Of a DNA stretch of 64,000 nucleotides, positions 29,284 to 37,875 are shown piece after piece; within the stretch, counting starts at the first letter, position 1; every line of letters starts with the position of its first letter. The notes beneath the pieces were generated by a model. It saw only the letters and a list, made by a program, of their open reading frames with translations. It did not search any database and was not told where the DNA came from. The stretch is from Eubacterium sp. Its GTDB lineage: Bacteria > Bacillota > Clostridia > Acetivibrionales > DSM-1351. The stretch lies in the NCBI GenBank assembly GCA_029266335.1, contig JAQSXC010000011.1, forward strand, positions 1,289-65,288, read 5' to 3'. The translations under genes were made by a program, and so were the position numbers.

Positions 29284-30344
29284 TGTCTCTTCTGGTTGAT
29301 ATCAAGAAAAGGTTAGGCGATTTTGTTTTAGAAGTAAATTTTAATGCTGAAAATGAAATCATGGGTTTACTTGGTGCCTCGGGTTGCGGTAAGAGCATGA
29401 CACTGAAATGTATTGCCGGAATTGAAACTCCTGACGAAGGCAGGATAGTTTTAGGAGACAGAGTCTTATTTGATACTGGAAAGAAAATAAATCTGCCTCC
29501 CCAGCAAAGAAAAATCGGGTACTTATTTCAGAATTATGCTCTCTTTCCTAATATGACAGTTGAAGAAAACATTGGTGCCGGAGTTAATCGCACAAAAAAA
29601 GAGAAGACGGAAATCATTAGGCAAAAAATTAATACTTTTTTTCTGAGCGGACTGGAAAAGAAGCGTCCCTGGCAGCTGTCGGGAGGTCAGCAGCAGAGGG
29701 TGGCACTTGCAAGGATTCTGGCTTCCGAGCCCGAAATCCTTATGCTGGATGAACCTTTCAGTGCTCTGGACAGCAATCTGAAATGGCAGCTTGAACAGGA
29801 ACTTATGGAGCTCCTTTCAAATTTTCCCGGAACAGTAGTATTGGTTTCCCACAATAGAAATGAGATATACCGCTTCTCGGACAGCATAGCAGTTATGACA
29901 GATGGAAAGGTTGATATAATTGGAAGTAAAGAAGAACTGTTTAGTGAACCCAAAACCCTGTCGGCGGCTTTGCTGACAGGCTGTAAAAACATATCCGGAG
30001 CAGAGAAAATCGATGAGCATTCAATAAAGGCCGTTGATTGGGGAATAATTCTGTACTCCACCAGGGAGGTACCTGACAACATCACGCATGTGGGCATGAG
30101 GGCACACTATTTGAAGTATTCCTATAATAATGATCAGCCCAACACTATGAACTGCCAGGTTGTGAAGGTAATAGAAAATCCGTTTTCATATATAATAATG
30201 TTAAAAAATAAAAATATTGATTTTGGATCAGCTCCGGGTAAAATCCGCTGGGAAGTTGATAAGGAAATCTGGGATAATATCAGTAAGAACAGTTTAGCTG
30301 TAAGACTGGTTTTTGATCAGGAAAATCTGCTGCTGCTCACATGA
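29283..30344 (+). CDS. modC: Molybdate/sulfate ABC transporter ATP-binding protein
   Basis: GASGCGKS, NLPPQQRKIGYLFQNYALFP, LSGGQQQR; coupled to modB. Confidence 0.9.
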   Translation: MSLLVDIKKRLGDFVLEVNFNAENEIMGLLGASGCGKSMTLKCIAGIETPDEGRIVLGDRVLFDTGKKINLPPQQRKIGYLFQNYALFPNMTVEENIGAGVNRTKKEKTEIIRQKINTFFLSGLEKKRPWQLSGGQQQRVALARILASEPEILMLDEPFSALDSNLKWQLEQELMELLSNFPGTVVLVSHNRNEIYRFSDSIAVMTDGKVDIIGSKEELFSEPKTLSAALLTGCKNISGAEKIDEHSIKAVDWGIILYSTREVPDNITHVGMRAHYLKYSYNNDQPNTMNCQVVKVIENPFSYIIMLKNKNIDFGSAPGKIRWEVDKEIWDNISKNSLAVRLVFDQENLLLLT

Positions 30345-30385
30345 TATGCTATTAATATATACTTATAAATAGGGAGCGTATTTTA

Positions 30386-30576
30386 CATGAGTTGTAATTG
30401 AAGTGTATTTGTCATGAATTGAGTTTGAAATGCATTTGACATAATTTTAATTAAAAGTGCAATTTTATATGAATTGAGTTTAAAGTGAATTTGACATAAT
30501 TTTAATTAAAAGTGCATTTTTACATGAATTTGAATTTGAAGTGGATTGACATGAATTGAATTTATAGTGTATTTTA
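30386..30576. repeat. Seven tandem 27-28 bp degenerate repeats
   Basis: Units start at 30386, 30413, 30440, 30468, 30495, 30523, 30550; consensus about CATGAATTGANTTTGAAGTGYATTTKA; no spacers. Confidence 0.85.
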
Positions 30577-30761
30577 ACTGTGAGGATTTTAGAAGGTAAA
30601 ATGTATGGATGGGTAAATATTTCTCGGAAAACTGGGAAATGTCTCTCACCGGGTAGTACTCCAAGCTGAAATAGATGGCCGGAGGCCGCATTAATTGCAG
30701 GATCCATAAAAAAATACAAAAAATCCCATAGGATTAACAGATTATCTACGAGAAATTTACA

Positions 30762-30803
30762 TACACCCCCTAATATAATGTTAGCAGAATATTAGGGGGT
30801 GTA
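30762..30803 (+). promoter_or_regulatory. Perfect 15-bp inverted repeat covering the RBS of the SLH gene
   Basis: TACACCCCCTAATAT-N12-ATATTAGGGGGTGTA, ending 3 nt before TTG 30807. Confidence 0.6.
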
Positions 30804-30806
30804 ATT

Positions 30807-32141
30807 TTGAAAACGAGGAAGCTGACTACCTTTTTAAGTACATTTTTAGTTCTGGCCATATTATTTACCATAGAGCCGGTTTCAGTTTTTGTCCTGGTGA
30901 AGGAAGTGGAGGCTGAGCAATCTGGTTATGTTTTAAATCCGGCAGACGAATATTTGCTGGCATCTGATACAACAGATGTGAGGGGACCGGAGACAGATAA
31001 AAATACAGGTGAGGAATTATTCAGGTTTAACTGCGCAGATGCACAGAAGCTCATGGATCAAGCAAAGACTGATGAAAAAGCAGGAAAAGAAGTATTGATT
31101 AAAATGAAAGCCGGAGTTTTGAGCGGGACTAAAAAGGTTGTTATTCAGCTTGAAAACGCTCTGCTAAAAAAGCTGTCAGATGAGACCAATGCACGTCTCC
31201 GGATTGATACAGGGTTGGCGGCAATTGAACTTAGCAATTCTGCCCTGGATTCATTATATTCTGCAGCAAAGGGTAAGGATATCGGAGTTAATGTTGAACA
31301 GAAAATTGATAGTGATTTACCCGCAGAAATAAAGGATATTGTAGGAGACAGACCTGTTTATGATATTTCAATTGCGGCCGGGGACATAAAAATTTCAGAC
31401 TTTGGAGGGGCTCTAAGACTTTCAGTGCACTATACTTTAAATAAGGGAGAAGACCCTGATGCCATAGTTTTATATTATCTTAATAAAAACAGTAATGCAG
31501 TTCAGGTAATGGGCAGGTATAATCAATTGACTCAATCTGTAGAATTTAATACAACCCGCCTGTCAGGATATGCTGTAGGCTACAGATATATCGGGTTCAG
31601 CGATATAAAATCAAACCCCGACAAGGATGACATTGAATTTGCAGCTGCAAGGGAGATACTCTGCGGGATTGGAAACGGAAAATTCGGACCAGACAAGGCG
31701 TTGACCCGGGGAATGCTGCTAGCCGTTCTGGTGAAGCTGGCTAATGTGGAGCCTGCCAGAGCTGCAGGTTTTGATGATGTTTCACCTGAGAAATACTATT
31801 CTCAATATATCGGATGGGCGGCAGCAAATGGACTGGTTACAGGTGTCGGAAACAACAGGTTCAGACCTGATAAAGCAGTTACCAGAGAGGAACTTGCCGC
31901 AATTCTTAATAAATTCATAAAATATTTGAATTTGAATTATAGGGCTGAAGATACAAAAATAAAGTTAAGAGATATTGAAAGTATTTCATTCTGGGCAAAA
32001 GACGCTGCAAAAAATATGCTGACGATGGGAATTATGCAGACAGACCCGGAAAACAGCTTTAGTCCTGATAAAATAGTGACCAGAGCAGAATTTGCGGCAA
32101 TTCTTAGAAAAATCATAGATTTTAGGCTGGAAAGTAACTAA
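30807..32141 (+). CDS. Secreted S-layer homology (SLH) domain protein
   Basis: Signal peptide; three C-terminal SLH repeats (FGPDKALTRG, FRPDKAVTREE, FSPDKIVTRAE). Confidence 0.88.
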   Translation: MKTRKLTTFLSTFLVLAILFTIEPVSVFVLVKEVEAEQSGYVLNPADEYLLASDTTDVRGPETDKNTGEELFRFNCADAQKLMDQAKTDEKAGKEVLIKMKAGVLSGTKKVVIQLENALLKKLSDETNARLRIDTGLAAIELSNSALDSLYSAAKGKDIGVNVEQKIDSDLPAEIKDIVGDRPVYDISIAAGDIKISDFGGALRLSVHYTLNKGEDPDAIVLYYLNKNSNAVQVMGRYNQLTQSVEFNTTRLSGYAVGYRYIGFSDIKSNPDKDDIEFAAAREILCGIGNGKFGPDKALTRGMLLAVLVKLANVEPARAAGFDDVSPEKYYSQYIGWAAANGLVTGVGNNRFRPDKAVTREELAAILNKFIKYLNLNYRAEDTKIKLRDIESISFWAKDAAKNMLTMGIMQTDPENSFSPDKIVTRAEFAAILRKIIDFRLESN

Positions 32142-32241
32142 AACCAAATTTTCTTTAAAGATGTCTGTGATTCTCAAATTCATCACGATGTGTTTGAGTT
32201 TGGCAGGCAATGGTGAAATTAAAACTAATTTATAAAATAAT

Positions 32242-32271
32242 ATTGTAAATTAATTACAATGATGGTAGAAT
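32242..32271 (+). promoter_or_regulatory. Sigma-A promoter (extended -10) with a palindrome over the -35, about 500 nt upstream of the scaffoldin gene
   Basis: TTGTAA-N17-TAGAAT with TG at -15; ATTGTAA-N5-TTACAAT palindrome at 32242-32260. Confidence 0.55.
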
Positions 32272-32777
32272 AATGGTAAGTTGTACAATTTATTAGTATA
32301 CGATTAAAAAAATTAAAGTATATCCGTTTAATTTACAATTTAACAAATTAAAATGAATCTACCAAGTGAACCTTTCTTTTGACAGCAATGTATTGACTTA
32401 ATAATTTTCCAGACATTATTGTGCCGACATAAAAATCATTTCTTAAGTTTCTTACTAAAAGCGTATAACTAAAAAATTAATAAAACCGTCCTAAGGAAAA
32501 CTATGTAAAAAAGGGTCTGTGGCTTTAGTATTTGCGCATACTCGTATGTAAATTTCTCCAAAAATACTATTATACAAAATAGTATTTGTACAAGGGAAAA
32601 TTAATTATATTTTTCATGGGGTACAGTGAAGAACCAATAAGCCAAAAAATATTGGGGAGGTGAATAGTTATCACGTTTAAATCAGTTGAACCGGAAGAGA
32701 ACTGGTTATGAACGCGAGTTTAGTGCAAGCTATGGCAATTTGTTCTTCATGTAAATAAAAAAAATGGAGGTTTACAA

Positions 32778-34043
32778 ATGCGTAAAAAGTCAATATCTTT
32801 ATTATTGGTGCTAATAATGTTAATAACATTATTAGGTTCTCAACTGACAGCTTTTGCAGCAGATTCTGGTACATCGGTACAGTTCAGCAATGGAAATGCA
32901 GCGCCATCATCAAATACCATATCTGCTAAATTTAAAGTAACTAATACCGGCAGTTCGCCACTAAACCTTGCAGACCTGAAACTAAGATATTACTATACTA
33001 TTGATGAAGAAAAACAGCAGAATTTCTTGTGTGACCATGCCGGAATGCTCAACGGTTCCGGTTATGTTGATGTTACAAAAAAGGTAACAGGTACACTGGT
33101 AAAAATGAGTCAACCGACAGATACGGCTAATTACTATCTTGAGGTTGGGTTTGCCGCTGATTCAGGAAGTATGGCAGCCGGGGCATACATTGAGGTTCAG
33201 ACCCGGGTGTCAAAAAATGATTGGAGCAATTACAACCAATCAAATGATTACTCATATACAGCATCAGGTTCATATATGAACTGGAATCGGATTACTGCAT
33301 ATAACACCGGTATCCTTGTATTCGGTGAAGAACCTGCACCCGGTGTTGCCAATCCGGCTATCAGTCCAACAACTGCTGAGTTTGACAGGTACATACCTGC
33401 AGATATAACAGTAACTCTTACACCAAACGGAAGTACCTTTAAGGAAATAACCGGTCTGGTAAAGGGTACTGACTACACTGTATCCGGAAACACAGTAGTT
33501 ATTCTCAAGAGCTATCTCAATACTCTTTCACTAGGCACAAAATCGCTTACCTTTGATTTTGGAGTAACTGTTAATCCTGTAATTGCGTTAACAATCAAGG
33601 ATACCACACCTCAGATAACAGGCCTTGGAGTGACCATTGGAACAGTCTCCGGTAAATCGGGTGATACTGTCACAGTGCCTGTTACCCTGACGAATGTATC
33701 AAAATCAGGAAATGTAGGTACCTGCAATTTCTATATTGGCTATGACGCCAGCAAGTTACAGGCAACAGCTGTTTCTGCCGGAAACATAGTTAAAAATCCC
33801 GCTATAAACTTCTCAAGTGCAATAAATAGCAGCACAGGTACCATCAGTGTGCTATTCCTTGACGATACCCTTGGCAAAGAGTTAATAACGACTGATGGGG
33901 TTATTGCGACAATCACTTTCAAAATAACAGGAACTTCAAGCCAGACAGCACCCGTAAGCTTCAAGACGGGTGGGGCCTTCGGCAATGGCAATATGACAAG
34001 GATTACCGACGTTACATATATTAACGGGAGTGTTAAATATTAA
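32778..34043 (+). CDS. Mini-scaffoldin: signal peptide-CBM3a-X2-single type I cohesin (CipC-like)
   Basis: MRKKS...QLTAFAA leader; [11 protein letters not shown]...CDHA...[17 protein letters not shown] (CBM3a); [10 protein letters not shown]...LTFDFG (X2); GDTVTVPV...[11 protein letters not shown]...LFLDDT...DGV (cohesin). Confidence 0.92.
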   Translation: MRKKSISLLLVLIMLITLLGSQLTAFAADSGTSVQFSNGNAAPSSNTISAKFKVTNTGSSPLNLADLKLRYYYTIDEEKQQNFLCDHAGMLNGSGYVDVTKKVTGTLVKMSQPTDTANYYLEVGFAADSGSMAAGAYIEVQTRVSKNDWSNYNQSNDYSYTASGSYMNWNRITAYNTGILVFGEEPAPGVANPAISPTTAEFDRYIPADITVTLTPNGSTFKEITGLVKGTDYTVSGNTVVILKSYLNTLSLGTKSLTFDFGVTVNPVIALTIKDTTPQITGLGVTIGTVSGKSGDTVTVPVTLTNVSKSGNVGTCNFYIGYDASKLQATAVSAGNIVKNPAINFSSAINSSTGTISVLFLDDTLGKELITTDGVIATITFKITGTSSQTAPVSFKTGGAFGNGNMTRITDVTYINGSVKY

Positions 34044-34061
34044 TCCGTTTTGGTAAGTGCG

Positions 34062-34125
34062 GACAGGCCATACTATATTACTGCCTCGGCTAATATGACT
34101 GTTGCCGGTATGTAGTATGGCCGTC
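34062..34125 (+). other. Intergenic stem-loop after the scaffoldin gene (no U-tract on + strand)
   Basis: GGCCATACTAT / GTAGTATGGCC with an inner CGGC/GCCG stem. Confidence 0.65.
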
Positions 34126-34190
34126 AAAAAACTTAGTTTACTGAGGTCTTCCAAAAAATCAATATTCTATTTCTAAAAGGAGTGATTATT

Positions 34191-36473
34191 TTGAAGGTTA
34201 AAAGATATCTGCGAAAAGCAATGGCACTTATCACAACAGCAGCTATTATTGCAACCCTGTTTGCTGGTACAAGTGCACATGCAGCCTCTACTACTGCGCC
34301 TTTTAATTATGCAGAAGCACTACAAAAAGCAATATATTTTTATGATGCTGAAAAGTGCGGTACAGGAATAACCGGAGGAAAGCTGGAGTGGAGAGGAGAT
34401 TGTCACGTGGAAGATTGCCAGGTACCGCTGATCCCAAAGAATACAGATTCAGTAGGAACCAACCTTTCACAGGCATTTATCAATAAGAACAAAGCTGTTC
34501 TTGATCCCGACGGCAATGGTAGTTTGGATCTCCATGGCGGCTTCCATGATGCAGGTGATCATGTCAAATTCGGTCTGCCGCAGTCATATACAATATCAAC
34601 TCTGGGCTGGGGATTCTACGAGTTCAGAGATTCTTTCCAGAAAATAAATGAAGAGGACCATATGATCGATATTCTGAAATGGGGAAATGATTATTTGCTC
34701 CGTTCAACATTTCTGGATAACAATGGCGAGGTAGTGGCCTTCTGTTACCAGGTAGGAGAAGGAAGTATTGATCACAACTGGTGGCAGCCCCCTGAACTGA
34801 ATGAAAAGAACAAGGTTCAGCGTCCTGCTTATTTCGCAACTTCCGAAACCCCTGCCAGTGACCAGTGTGCCGGTGCCGCTGCTGCCCTTGCCATCAACTA
34901 TCTGAATTTTAAGGACTCAGAGCCGGAATATGCACAAAAATGCCTGGACACAGCAAAGGCTTTGTACAAATTTGCTGTCAAATACAGGGGCTGCGGCTAT
35001 TCCGGCGGATTCTACAACTCCTCCTTTGATGACGACGAAATGTCCTGGGCAGCCGTATGGCTGAATATTGCAACAGGGGACAAGTCTTATATCAATGATA
35101 TCGTGGCTGTTTCGGCCGATGGGCATTATACCGGATATATTAAAAAGATCGTGGCTTCAACACAGGATGACTGGCAGAATATCTGGGTACATTCCTGGGA
35201 TACGGTATGGGGAGGTGTTTTTGCAAAATTAGCCCCAATTACAAACAGTGAGAGAGACTGGTACTTCTTCAGATGGAATCTTGAATACTGGTCTGGAATA
35301 CCTCATGAAGATCCCAATGACGGTACTTTTATGGCTGGCACTCCTGCCGGATTCAAGGTTATAAATACCTGGGGATCGGCAAGATATAATGCGGCAGCAC
35401 AGTTATGTGCAGTTGTGTATACCAAATATACCGAAAAGCAGGACGTTTCGGATTGGGCCAGGAGTCAAATGAATTACATACTGGGGGATAATCCCATGGG
35501 CAGAAGCTATGAAGTAGGATACTCGGAAAGTTCGGCAAAGCACCCACACCACCGGGCCGCTCATGGTTCAAAAACGCTCAGTATGCTTGAACCTGCCGAA
35601 CACAGGCATACACTGTGGGGAGCACTGGTAGGAGGGCCTGATTCCAAAGATAATCATGTGGATGAGACTACTGACTTTGTTTACAACGAAGTAGCCATTG
35701 ATTACAATGCTGGTTTTGTTGGTGCTCTTGCAGGTCTGTTAAAGTATTATGGAGAAGGTCAAAAACCTTTGGCTGACTTCCCTCCGAAGGAATCTGACAG
35801 TATAGATTTCTATGCGGAATCAAAGCTTGAACAGGAAAATGCCGAGAGAACTCAGCTTACTGTGAATATTCATAATGAAACCAGCAGGCCGCCTCAATTT
35901 GTGGATGGATTGAAGCTCAGGTATTTCTTCAATATATCTGAAATGTTAAGTGCCGGTCAATCCATCAAGGATGTCGCTGTTCAGGTTATGTATGACGAAG
36001 CAAGTGTTATGGATGGTAAAGCAGCTGCAGTAAAAGGGCCATTTGCATGGAATGAGGCCAATGGTGACTATTATATTGAAATAGATTGGAGCGGGAACGG
36101 TTTCTACGGCGACAGGGAACTTCAATTTGCGCTGGTTGCAGCTCAGGACTCCGGCTGGAAAACCCACTGGGATACCACAAATGACTGGAGCAGGCAGAAT
36201 ATTACTGATAAATATGCAGTAAACCAGAAGATTTCAGTTTTTAAGAATGGTGAAAAACTATTTGGTGTTGAACCTCCAAAGGAAAATACCGGAATAAAAC
36301 CGGGCGATCTCAATGAAGACGGAAGCATAGATGCCCTTGACTATGCCATATTTAAAAAGTACCTGCTTGACCGGACCGGAGAAATAAAGCTTGATATATG
36401 GGATTTGAACAAGGATTCCGAAGTAAATGCTCTTGATTTTGCAGAATTGAAAAATATCTTGCTTAATCAATGA
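34191..36473 (+). CDS. Cellulosomal endoglucanase GH9-CBM3c-dockerin (Cel9H/J-like)
   Basis: GGFHDAGDHVKF, HPHHRAA, D...NEVAIDYNAG; CBM3c (LRYFFNISE); C-terminal dockerin GDLNEDGSIDALD/DLNKDSEVNALD; TTG start 9 nt after AAAGGA. Confidence 0.93.
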   Translation: MKVKRYLRKAMALITTAAIIATLFAGTSAHAASTTAPFNYAEALQKAIYFYDAEKCGTGITGGKLEWRGDCHVEDCQVPLIPKNTDSVGTNLSQAFINKNKAVLDPDGNGSLDLHGGFHDAGDHVKFGLPQSYTISTLGWGFYEFRDSFQKINEEDHMIDILKWGNDYLLRSTFLDNNGEVVAFCYQVGEGSIDHNWWQPPELNEKNKVQRPAYFATSETPASDQCAGAAAALAINYLNFKDSEPEYAQKCLDTAKALYKFAVKYRGCGYSGGFYNSSFDDDEMSWAAVWLNIATGDKSYINDIVAVSADGHYTGYIKKIVASTQDDWQNIWVHSWDTVWGGVFAKLAPITNSERDWYFFRWNLEYWSGIPHEDPNDGTFMAGTPAGFKVINTWGSARYNAAAQLCAVVYTKYTEKQDVSDWARSQMNYILGDNPMGRSYEVGYSESSAKHPHHRAAHGSKTLSMLEPAEHRHTLWGALVGGPDSKDNHVDETTDFVYNEVAIDYNAGFVGALAGLLKYYGEGQKPLADFPPKESDSIDFYAESKLEQENAERTQLTVNIHNETSRPPQFVDGLKLRYFFNISEMLSAGQSIKDVAVQVMYDEASVMDGKAAAVKGPFAWNEANGDYYIEIDWSGNGFYGDRELQFALVAAQDSGWKTHWDTTNDWSRQNITDKYAVNQKISVFKNGEKLFGVEPPKENTGIKPGDLNEDGSIDALDYAIFKKYLLDRTGEIKLDIWDLNKDSEVNALDFAELKNILLNQ

Positions 36474-36538
36474 GCCGATTGTTATGCATTGCACATATGT
36501 TTTCTGTAAAACAATTATAAAGTGTTAGGAGGATTTTT

Positions 36539-37807
36539 ATGAAAAAATATATTTGTTTGCTACTCTCTGTAGCAATCATATTACTTGCTGCATTTCCGGT
36601 ATCTATTTCAGCCGCCGGGACAGTGAAACTGGGAGATGTGGATAATGATGCTCAGATTTCGGCACTGGATCTGGCAGCGGTAAAAAAACATTTACTTGGG
36701 ACTGCCGTTCTTACGGGAGATGCTTTTACGGCAGCTGATGTCAATGCCAACGGAAAAGTTGAAGCCCTTGATTTTGATGAAATCAAACAATACCTGCTAG
36801 GAAATATAACAAGGTTTTCAGGTGATCAACAGCAAACAGGTATCGGAATAACCTGGATGGATGGAAAAAAACTGTACCCTGTGGGGGTAAACTATGCATG
36901 GTATAACTGGTCATATGAGTTTTCAGACAATAACTGGACATCAAATTTTGCAAGAATCAAAAGTGACATAGATACCATGTCTGCAAAGGGGGTTCATTCT
37001 CTTAGATGGTGGATATTCCCCGATCTGGCCTATGGACCAAACTGGTCAGGCGCAAATGAAGGCAGTTTGTGTACAGGCCTTCCTGACAAGTGGGTGGAGC
37101 ATATGAAAGAGACCTGTGATTATGCCCTGTCCAAAAACGTTAAGATTTATTGGACAATTACAAGCTTTGACTGTGCAAGAGCCGACGATTCTGTAGACCA
37201 TGATGACATCATTGATAATCCGACTGTATTGCAAAGTTTCCTGGACAATGCTATGAAACCAATACTTCAGGCATTAGGAAATCATCAGGGAGTAATGGGC
37301 TGGGACATTATAAATGAGCCCGAGTGGATTGTAAACAAAGAGGACAACGGCGAGCCTAACGGAAAAGGCGAAAGTTTCCCTCTCTCTGCAATGAGAAATT
37401 ATATTAAGACTACCTGTGCATATATACATCAATATGCAAAGCAGCCAGTAAGTTTTGGAAGTGCCAACATGAAATGGCTCGGTGCTCAATATGACCTTTG
37501 GGACGGATTAGGCCTTGATTTCTATGATTTTCACTGGTACGACTGGGCAACTCCATATTTTAATCCGGTTACAACTCCGGCCTCAAGCCTGAACCTTGAC
37601 AAACCGGTAATTATCGGCGAAATGATGCCGGATAGCAAGAGTTCCTCCTTAGGAATGACACACAAGCAGGTGATGGATGCAATTTATAAAAACGGTTATG
37701 CCGGTTATCTGCTCTGGTCCTGGAACGATGGTGCGTATGACTGTAAACCTCATATCGGAAATGATTTTATTGACTTTGGAAAGGAACATACTGATGTGGT
37801 AAGGTAA
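36539..37807 (+). CDS. Dockerin-GH5 enzyme (Man5K-like mannanase)
   Basis: Signal peptide, N-terminal dockerin (GDVDNDAQISALD / DVNANGKVEALD), WDIINEP and IIGE catalytic motifs. Confidence 0.85.
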   Translation: MKKYICLLLSVAIILLAAFPVSISAAGTVKLGDVDNDAQISALDLAAVKKHLLGTAVLTGDAFTAADVNANGKVEALDFDEIKQYLLGNITRFSGDQQQTGIGITWMDGKKLYPVGVNYAWYNWSYEFSDNNWTSNFARIKSDIDTMSAKGVHSLRWWIFPDLAYGPNWSGANEGSLCTGLPDKWVEHMKETCDYALSKNVKIYWTITSFDCARADDSVDHDDIIDNPTVLQSFLDNAMKPILQALGNHQGVMGWDIINEPEWIVNKEDNGEPNGKGESFPLSAMRNYIKTTCAYIHQYAKQPVSFGSANMKWLGAQYDLWDGLGLDFYDFHWYDWATPYFNPVTTPASSLNLDKPVIIGEMMPDSKSSSLGMTHKQVMDAIYKNGYAGYLLWSWNDGAYDCKPHIGNDFIDFGKEHTDVVR

Positions 37808-37875
37808 GATACAATATCACCATTCTGTACTGTTCCGGATTAATTCACAAATGTTTTGTAAAGGAGTTTGATTTC

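Noticed and set aside
30386-30576. CRISPR array interpretation of the 27-bp repeats
   Set aside because: Units are head-to-tail with no unique spacers, are degenerate, and no cas genes are in the window
30600-30720. Moco riboswitch or small peptide after modC
   Set aside because: Only fragmentary similarity; the short ORFs (15-22 aa) lack strong support; an Infernal scan would be needed
32242-32260. Rex box or cre assignment for the palindrome at the scaffoldin promoter
   Set aside because: Spacing and sequence do not fit TTGTGAA-N4-TTCACAA or the cre consensus; regulator left unassigned
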